From a virus (lineage: Duplodnaviria > Caudoviricetes), in the IMG/VR virus record IMGVR_UViG_642918884_000001, positions 6,111-70,110 of that record: a DNA stretch of 64,000 nucleotides. The stretch is one strand, 5' to 3'. Below, in pieces: positions 57,376 to 64,000 of this stretch. The position numbers and the translations under genes were made by a program. A model generated the notes under the pieces. That model did no database searches. It was not told where the DNA came from and worked only from the letters and a program-made list of their open reading frames with translations. Each line of letters opens with the position of its first letter. Position 1 is the first letter of the stretch.

Positions 57376-58005
57376 ATGCCCATCATTCGACATGACGAGA
57401 CCGGCGCAATTCTGTGGTACGCGGTGGATAACACCGTGGCACCGAGGGTTTCGAAGCTCATGGCCGAAAACGGCTATCCCGTAGAGATTTTGGACACCCC
57501 ATCTGAGAGGCAGTCGCGCTACTGGGCCATGTTCGCCAAGGCCATTACGCACGTCGAAGACGGTACGCCGCAACACTTTCCGAATCCGGCGCGCAAAATC
57601 CAGATCCGGTACCACGACGGCAAGCCCCGCCACGCGGGCGGAACTTTCTGGTGGCGCACGATTCGGTGGACCAGCAAGGATTTCCCGAAGGGCTGGTATG
57701 CGATCACGCCGATTGGCAAGATCGACGGCGAGAACGAAAATTTCGCAATCGCCCACGGACCGTACAACTATCGGTACGCCGTGTCTTTGGTTCGGCAATG
57801 GCTGCACAACTTCTACGGACCCGAAGGGAAGAACGCTCAAGCGGACTTCTGGCTCGGTGAGGCCGAAGAAGGCGACATCGAAACGATTCGCAGCGCGCCG
57901 GAATCGGTGGCCGGAATCCTCGTGCCGGGGATGACGGTTCACGAGATCGAAATCGACAAGCGAGACGGCAGAACGCTTTCGGATCGGGAGTACATTCAGC
58001 AATGA
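57376..58005 (+). CDS. Hypothetical protein
   Basis: GGAGG RBS. Confidence 0.75.
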   Translation: MPIIRHDETGAILWYAVDNTVAPRVSKLMAENGYPVEILDTPSERQSRYWAMFAKAITHVEDGTPQHFPNPARKIQIRYHDGKPRHAGGTFWWRTIRWTSKDFPKGWYAITPIGKIDGENENFAIAHGPYNYRYAVSLVRQWLHNFYGPEGKNAQADFWLGEAEEGDIETIRSAPESVAGILVPGMTVHEIEIDKRDGRTLSDREYIQQ

Positions 58006-58463
58006 AGCTCGAAGATTCCCACGGCGGATATCACGGAAAGTCGCTGCAAGAGCAGATCCGTGACGATTTGGACCAAGCGTATTCCGAGTGGAAAACGCGG
58101 GTCGATATCGATCAGCAGATGCACGCGCGCAACAAAGAAGAGAATCGGCCAGAAGACGACGGGCAACGAAAGTTCCACTGCCAGCAGTGTTTCGATGCTC
58201 TCGGCGATCAGTATTTCGCCGAAGGGATTGCACACGCTCTGGGCGTTCTGCGGTCCACGAGTGCCGATGTTGAGTGGGACGCGGCAGCCGAGAGGTACGC
58301 CAATCCCGTGACACCAGAGGTTGATTCGGACAAACCGCTGGTGTGCTGCCCCGACCACAAACGACCGATCCGAGCTTTGGTGGTAAATGAAACTCCCGAC
58401 GTGGACGTGTTTGATCCGGACGACGACTTTGCTGACAATGAGTTCGACGAGGAGTTTCTATGA
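58002..58463 (+). CDS. Hypothetical protein with an acidic tail
   Basis: ATGA coupling. Confidence 0.7.
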   Translation: MKLEDSHGGYHGKSLQEQIRDDLDQAYSEWKTRVDIDQQMHARNKEENRPEDDGQRKFHCQQCFDALGDQYFAEGIAHALGVLRSTSADVEWDAAAERYANPVTPEVDSDKPLVCCPDHKRPIRALVVNETPDVDVFDPDDDFADNEFDEEFL

Positions 58464-58651
58464 AAGTCTCCGAAGTGATTGCGAAACTGCAAGAGCTTCC
58501 GCAGGATTCGGAACTGTGCGTGTGGGCGGGCGGCGACTACGGACAGTTCAGCGTCGAAAATGTCGAAACGCCAGTAGTTCTCAATCGCGGCGGCAAGAGC
58601 GAAGTTCCGATTGTGGACAAACCAGGGGAAGTGACAGTGAGGCTGGTATGA
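58460..58651 (+). CDS. Small hypothetical protein
   Basis: AGGAG RBS; MKVSEVIAKLQELPQD start. Confidence 0.75.
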   Translation: MKVSEVIAKLQELPQDSELCVWAGGDYGQFSVENVETPVVLNRGGKSEVPIVDKPGEVTVRLV

Positions 58652-59337
58652 GTCTTTCGAGCGGATTGCATTACGGAAAGCACTGGAACGGCACCGTGGG
58701 GTTTGCGATGGATTCGCCGCAACGAGACGAACCCTATATTCCGCGCCACGAGAACAAAGGTCACTGCCATCACTGGTGGCCGGAAACGGGATTCTCACCA
58801 CCGACCGTTCTCGTGCGAACCAAGCGCTACAGTTCGAACGCCTACGGCAACGAGGTCAAAGACACCGTTGTGGCGAAGCTGGACAAATCCAAGCCAGCGC
58901 CGTTTCGGATGCGGGCGCGGGAGGCGTGGCAAGTGCCGTCGCAGAAGGGATTTCAGCCGGGAAGCGTCGCGCAGTTCAAGTATCCGATTGACGAATTCTG
59001 GGCTGGCGATTCGGCGATCTACGCTGAGTTCGTTTTGCTCAACCGCTGGGATTACCCCGGTGTGACAAGCGAAGTCGATTCCGTGGAATCGGTGAAGAAC
59101 GGACCACAAATCGCCTGGCGGGTTAAGTGGATTCGTCAGCACTACTCAAACGGTGCATTCGGGAACGCGACCGGCGCAGAGTTCCGGATTCCCGAATGGC
59201 GTTTGCAGCCAATCATGTTGGTTCTCGACGCGGCTACCGGCAAGGTCGGTCGTCTTCTCGGAGACGAGGAAAAGGGAAATTGGTACGGAACAAGGATTCC
59301 GGACTATCTCATCCCCGGCGAATGGTCGGGATCGTGA
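58648..59337 (+). CDS. Hypothetical protein
   Basis: ATGA coupling. Confidence 0.7.
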   Translation: MSLSSGLHYGKHWNGTVGFAMDSPQRDEPYIPRHENKGHCHHWWPETGFSPPTVLVRTKRYSSNAYGNEVKDTVVAKLDKSKPAPFRMRAREAWQVPSQKGFQPGSVAQFKYPIDEFWAGDSAIYAEFVLLNRWDYPGVTSEVDSVESVKNGPQIAWRVKWIRQHYSNGAFGNATGAEFRIPEWRLQPIMLVLDAATGKVGRLLGDEEKGNWYGTRIPDYLIPGEWSGS

Positions 59338-59472
59338 AAACCGGACGGGCGAAAATGCCGTGGGATGGTCCAATCCATCTCACCAGACTTTCGGATGGTC
59401 GAGCAGTGTTGCGCGGCAGCGAAGAAGAAGCCGTACACAAGTACGGCACAAACAGAAAAGGAAGGAAAATCG

Positions 59473-59874
59473 GTGGGAATTGCAATGGACGAGTACGAGG
59501 CACGTGAGTGTGGGGAGAATCCCGGTTTGGACGAATCGTCGCTCGGTCACGGACTAGACCGAACGGTGCGAATCGATTCGCACACAACGGTTCTCGCGCC
59601 AAAGACAGTCAACGGGCGTGCGACGATCATGCTCTCGTGCCGTTGCGGCGCAACGACTTTCGTTCCGTTGGTCGTGAAAGAGGACGAAGACACCGGACGG
59701 TCGGAAATCGTTCTCGACGTTCCGGAAGACTGGTACGCGGACGTGGATTATCCGCACGGTCGCCAGCCCGACGAACGCTACATCGTCCGTTGCCCCGAGC
59801 ATCGCGGCGCACTGTTCGGCCACATGCTCCGACCGGTCGATCCGTTCGCCGAGGCCGAATCCGAGCAGGGGTAG
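59473..59874 (+). CDS. Hypothetical protein (CRC...CPEH)
   Basis: GAAGGA RBS before GTG 59473 (start uncertain). Confidence 0.6.
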   Translation: MGIAMDEYEARECGENPGLDESSLGHGLDRTVRIDSHTTVLAPKTVNGRATIMLSCRCGATTFVPLVVKEDEDTGRSEIVLDVPEDWYADVDYPHGRQPDERYIVRCPEHRGALFGHMLRPVDPFAEAESEQG

Positions 59875-60102
59875 TTATCGACTGTCAGTCGAAAACTGGT
59901 TTGCGACTGGGAGTCGAAAACCTGGTTGGGCTGGCCGAGGTCAAGATGTAGTAGCAGGTCAGCACGCGCGTCCATAGATCTTGTGAACGCAACGATCTTG
60001 GGCGCGTGGTGCTACCGTGATAGGTCTGTGCCGGGGTGATTCGTCCCCCGGCGCAGGTCTCAGTCGTGACTTGACACGACAAACGGACGAAAGTGGGATT
60101 TT

Positions 60103-60339
60103 GTGGGTTTGGGAAAGAAAGCCGAAAGTGCAGAGTTAGCAGCGCTTTCCGCGAAGGCTCACTTGGAGCATCTTCGAGATTCCTTGTTGGACAAGGCGAA
60201 ACAACTCGAAGTGCAAGAGAAGTTCTCGGCGCGAGGGGATCAATCGCAACCGAAGCCGGAACTGACTCAAAGCATTCGTAGTCAGATCTCAGAAGTTTTC
60301 CAAACGATTCGAAAGGTCAGCGGTGACCGTGGCGAGTGA
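60103..60339 (+). CDS. Small hypothetical helical protein
   Basis: ORF overlaps the primase start; AAACGGACG upstream. Confidence 0.5.
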   Translation: MGLGKKAESAELAALSAKAHLEHLRDSLLDKAKQLEVQEKFSARGDQSQPKPELTQSIRSQISEVFQTIRKVSGDRGE

Positions 60340-63292
60340 CGCTGGTTCGGGCAAAGGTAACGACGACAACATTCGCTCGCTAGCGTCGGCGCGACCGTTC
60401 GCGCAAGCCGTCGCGAAGTATCAGAAGGCCGGTTGGGGTGGAACGCTCCCCTTGCCAGCGGGCAAAAAGAACCCTCCCCCAACGGGATTCACCGGACACA
60501 AAGCGCCGTATCCGTCTCGTGAGAAATTGCTGGGATGGCTCAACGATCCAAAGCGCAAGCGCGCCAACATCTGCATCCGTCTGGCCGGAACGCCGCCGAT
60601 CCAAGATGCAGACGGAACCGAGCAGAAATGGGAACTCGTCGGAATCGACGTTGACCATTACATCAAGGGAGACAAGGATAAACGTGGTGGCGATCAGCTT
60701 GCGAAACTGGAAAGTTCACTCGGAAGTCTACCGGATACCTGGACTTCGAGCGCAAGGAGTGACGGTATATCGGGAATCCGGTATTTTCGTGTACCTTGCG
60801 GTTTGGCTTTTCGTGGTCAAGTGGACAAAGACATCGAGTGCATTTACAAAGGCTACCGATTCGCGATAGTTTGGCCATCCACCAATCCCGACCACGGCGG
60901 CGAAACCTATTGGTGGTATCCACCGGGAAACCCGCCAGCCGGTAAAGACACGTCGCCGTGGGACGGATCGACGGTTCCGAAAGTTTCGGAGCTACCTGAA
61001 CTTCCGTCGAAATGGGTGGACTACCTCACCCAAGGTCGGATGCAGTCTGACGACGATTCCGAAATCGACATGGACTCGTCGGTGGACGAGATCTATCGAT
61101 GGGCCGATGACACGTTCAACGCGTCCGGTGTCGTGGACAACGAGGACGGCGTAGCCGAAGTTGACGAATCTCAGATCTGTTTCCGGATGAAGAAATCTCT
61201 GGAACAACAGTCCAAGCAGATTCACGAAGAAGCTACGTCACATGACAAACTGACAAAATCCCATTGGGAGTTCTATCGTCTTGCCGCAGAAGGACACATC
61301 GGCTGGAAAGCTGCGGTTGCACAGATTGAAAAAGTTTGGGCAGATGAGGTTGTCAGTCGAGACAAGCGTGGCCGTGGAGAGTTGAGATCGGAGATTTTCA
61401 GGTCTCGTGTTAATGCGCTGCGCAAGGTCAAGGTACAGGTAGACCGCAACATCGCAATCGGTGCCGTGGCTGTGCCCAACGGTTGCACGTGCGTGCCGGT
61501 CAGCGCCGGTCCGAGCGCGGGCAGTATGGGTGTAGCCGCGACGTTGCCGCAGGGATTGCAGTGGGCGGCAGGCATGGGCATGGCCGCTTTGGGAAACGGA
61601 CCAGGTTTTGGAAATGGTGGATCGGGATCTGGTGGGGATGGTCTTGAATATGTGCAATTCGGTTCACCGGATGCACCGGACAACTACAGGATGAATGACG
61701 ATGGAAACGCACAACATTTCGTTGATCTGTTTACTAGCCCCGGTATCGGACCGGGAATTCGATTTGTTGATGGAATGGGCTGGATCGTCTGGTCTGCGGG
61801 TAGCACAGATCGATCTGTACAGCCTAGATGGGTACTATCCGAAGATGGACTTATACGTCGAGCCTGGCAGCGTGTCCGCGACCGACAAGAGGCATATGTT
61901 ACGTTTCTTGAGGCCGACGTTCAAAATCAAATTGCCCAATTCACAGCAGCGAACCCAAACGTGGGAGCGTCAGCTTTTCCAGCTGCGCTCAAAGCAGTTC
62001 AAGCCAAACTTCGCTCTTGGCGCGAGTTTGCCAAAGCGTCCGGAAACAATCGTAACTCGTTGGCAGCGCTTGACGCTGCCAAGGCCCTACCAGGGGTCAC
62101 CGTCGATATCAACGATCTCGACAACGACGGCAGGTTGATCGGTGTCGCCAACGGCGTTTTGGAGCTTGGCGTAGATGAAGTTCGACGCCGAGACGCCGAA
62201 GCACGCGATCTGATCACACTCAACACGAGTACGCCATATCTCGAAATCGAAGATATGACCGGAACGCAGAAAATCGGTGTGGAGAAGTGGCAAGAGTATC
62301 TTGAGCGATTCTTGCCGGATGAAGAGATTCGCCGAACGGCGCAAGTTGCGCTCGGTCACTGCCTGATCGGCGGCAATCCAGAAAAGATCTTCATCATTCT
62401 CAAAGGGGAGAGCAACACCGGCAAGTCCACAATGGCGAACCTGTGCGCGGCAGCATTGGGCGATTACGCCATGACGGCAGGGTTGAGCATTTATCAGAAT
62501 CATAAGCTCAACCCCATGTTGGCGAAAGCGCTCACGCGCCGTATGGTCGTTACGACAGAGTTGAGCGAGACAGACAAGATCAGTGCGTCCATGCTCAAGA
62601 GAATCACGGGTGGTTCTGACCTAATCTCGGCAGAGCTGAAAGGGTCGAACGTGCTCGTGGAGCGTGTTCCGCAGTTTGTTCCTATCGTGGCAACGAACGC
62701 TGTACCTGATATCGAAGGTGCGGACAAGGCTCTGCGAAACCGACTCTACGTCATTCCGTTCAACGTCGTGGTGAGTGAACAAGAGGATGACAAAGAAGCG
62801 GCCATGATCATGAAAGCAGTGGGTTTGCCAGCTATCTTGAATTGGCTGGTTGAAGGATACAAGATCTATCGGCGAGAGAAAGGATTGCCGAAAGATCCAC
62901 GTATCATTAAAGAATCAGATGCGTTCGCGGCCGAGCTGGATACGGTTTCTACGTTCGTAGATCAGTGCTTGCGCAAGCATCCTACGGCCTATGCTGATCC
63001 TAAGTTCGACTGGACCGGTGTAGGCAAGCAGTGGGTACTGACATCGGATGCGCTGTACAAGACGTATCAGCGCTGGTGTGAAACGATGAACGTGAATCAG
63101 CGAGAGATTCTTGATCATCCGAAGTTCAATAAACGTCTGCTTTCTTTGGGATGGCCCAAAAAGCAAATGCGCGGACCTGGTGGAAACAACAAGCATTGGT
63201 ACAGCTTCAAGGTTGTTGGACGGGCTGCAACTGGCAGAGTGACGAAATTGCCGAATCCACACGAGTGGTCTTCGGTGAATGATATGGATTAG
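60323..63292 (+). CDS. Primase-polymerase fused to a D5-like SF3 helicase
   Basis: GTLPLPAGKKNPP...GIDVD (Prim-Pol); NDDGNAQHF (D5-N); KGESNTGKST (Walker A); ATNAVP...DKALRNRL. Confidence 0.9.
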   Translation: MTVASDAGSGKGNDDNIRSLASARPFAQAVAKYQKAGWGGTLPLPAGKKNPPPTGFTGHKAPYPSREKLLGWLNDPKRKRANICIRLAGTPPIQDADGTEQKWELVGIDVDHYIKGDKDKRGGDQLAKLESSLGSLPDTWTSSARSDGISGIRYFRVPCGLAFRGQVDKDIECIYKGYRFAIVWPSTNPDHGGETYWWYPPGNPPAGKDTSPWDGSTVPKVSELPELPSKWVDYLTQGRMQSDDDSEIDMDSSVDEIYRWADDTFNASGVVDNEDGVAEVDESQICFRMKKSLEQQSKQIHEEATSHDKLTKSHWEFYRLAAEGHIGWKAAVAQIEKVWADEVVSRDKRGRGELRSEIFRSRVNALRKVKVQVDRNIAIGAVAVPNGCTCVPVSAGPSAGSMGVAATLPQGLQWAAGMGMAALGNGPGFGNGGSGSGGDGLEYVQFGSPDAPDNYRMNDDGNAQHFVDLFTSPGIGPGIRFVDGMGWIVWSAGSTDRSVQPRWVLSEDGLIRRAWQRVRDRQEAYVTFLEADVQNQIAQFTAANPNVGASAFPAALKAVQAKLRSWREFAKASGNNRNSLAALDAAKALPGVTVDINDLDNDGRLIGVANGVLELGVDEVRRRDAEARDLITLNTSTPYLEIEDMTGTQKIGVEKWQEYLERFLPDEEIRRTAQVALGHCLIGGNPEKIFIILKGESNTGKSTMANLCAAALGDYAMTAGLSIYQNHKLNPMLAKALTRRMVVTTELSETDKISASMLKRITGGSDLISAELKGSNVLVERVPQFVPIVATNAVPDIEGADKALRNRLYVIPFNVVVSEQEDDKEAAMIMKAVGLPAILNWLVEGYKIYRREKGLPKDPRIIKESDAFAAELDTVSTFVDQCLRKHPTAYADPKFDWTGVGKQWVLTSDALYKTYQRWCETMNVNQREILDHPKFNKRLLSLGWPKKQMRGPGGNNKHWYSFKVVGRAATGRVTKLPNPHEWSSVNDMD

Positions 63293-63303
63293 AGAGATTT
63301 CAA

Positions 63304-63594
63304 ATGATCCAAACATGCTCTAATTGCAAGAATAATTTTGACGATACGAAGATGGGTTGCGCGAGGATCTGTTTCGAACATATCGAAGAGGTCACCCAAG
63401 AGGACGGTTCGGAGAAAGAAGAGTGGGTACGAGGGGTGCTGTGGGTCTGCCCACGGTGCTTCTCGGCTCAAGATGACGTGTCGCTGCACGAGTGGGCCAA
63501 CACAGCCGAGAACGTCCAGCAAACTTTTGGCCGTGCGCAGCTTCACCCACGGAGCGCCGGTTTCCGGCTCGCGGCGGTCAAAACCCTGCCATGA
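63304..63594 (+). CDS. Zn-ribbon hypothetical protein
   Basis: CSNC...CPRC. Confidence 0.65.
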   Translation: MIQTCSNCKNNFDDTKMGCARICFEHIEEVTQEDGSEKEEWVRGVLWVCPRCFSAQDDVSLHEWANTAENVQQTFGRAQLHPRSAGFRLAAVKTLP

Positions 63595-63599
63595 GGGCT

Positions 63600-63860
63600 G
63601 TTTGTTTCTCGTTTTTGGAAACATGTTTCGGCTGTGTTTCCGTTCTACCTGCTGTTTCTCTTTGTTTCCGGTTTTTGGCATCTGTCGTCTGTGCCACGGA
63701 AGGGAAGAGGGACGGGCAAACAATGGGGTAGCAAACATAGTCTCTTTTCTCTATGGGTTGTGTATATATAGTTCTATTTTTAGAAACACATAGAAACAAG
63801 AAACAATAAGGCTATAACCAGCATATATGCGTGTTTCTGCATGGATTAGCTGTTTCTAGA
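63600..63860. repeat. AT-rich region with GAAACA/TGTTTC iterons, probable replication origin
   Basis: About 11 copies of TGTTTC or GAAACA flank an AT-rich core (TGTATATATAGTTCTATTTTT, 63761-63781); directly downstream of the primase-helicase. Confidence 0.65.
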
Positions 63861-64000
63861 AGGGGTAAACATGCAGGTCAGAGGTTTACGACGTCGAGAC
63901 GGAAACTGGCCGGTGAGCGCGGCGACAGGACTGCGGTCCGCTTTTCGGCTGGTTCGGGCCTCGCACGTGTGGAAAGCGCCATCTGGCGGGTTTTGCGCGT

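Noticed and set aside
48681-63292. Inteins or introns in DnaE or the primase-helicase
   Set aside because: Lengths are normal, frames are continuous, and I saw no C/S...HN splice junction or LAGLIDADG motif; the Gly-rich stretch in the primase looks like a linker
1-64000. Integration or lysogeny module (tRNA-like T-arms as attP cores)
   Set aside because: No tyrosine or serine integrase, ParA or immunity repressor in the window, and the elements are multiple and diverged; sequence outside the window cannot be assessed

Overview
About 64 kb of a tailed (siphovirus-type) actinobacteriophage genome. Lysin B, a CDGP-like secreted protein and the gene order suggest a Mycobacterium-type host, and the layout resembles mycobacteriophage clusters D/H/R/U (inference, not a database match). 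Essentially all real genes are on the + strand, and I saw no integrase or immunity repressor. Order: portal C-terminus; very basic small proteins with an endonuclease VII gene among them; JAB protease, MuF-like protein, scaffold, decoration protein and major capsid protein; neck and tail genes with a 2121-aa tape measure; lysis cassette; a ~750-bp non-coding (CG)-alternating tract; a strong SigA promoter and an early region of small genes; replication genes (SNF2 helicase, Cas4-like nuclease, AAA ATPase, SSB-like protein, DnaE, RuvC-like resolvase, primase-helicase); and a likely origin. The most striking unexplained structure is a layer of non-coding RNA. (1) Nine anticodon-less tRNA-like elements with compensatory stem changes punctuate the early genes, each followed by RCGA, a second hairpin and an RBS; a tenth, more divergent one lies at ~47.4 kb. 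(2) A start-associated motif GAAACGGACA precedes about 10 genes. (3) A ~175-nt structured intergenic RNA (42533-42705) displays the exact antisense of that motif in a hairpin loop, making it a candidate trans-acting regulator of the whole gene set. All pairings and coordinates were read by eye.
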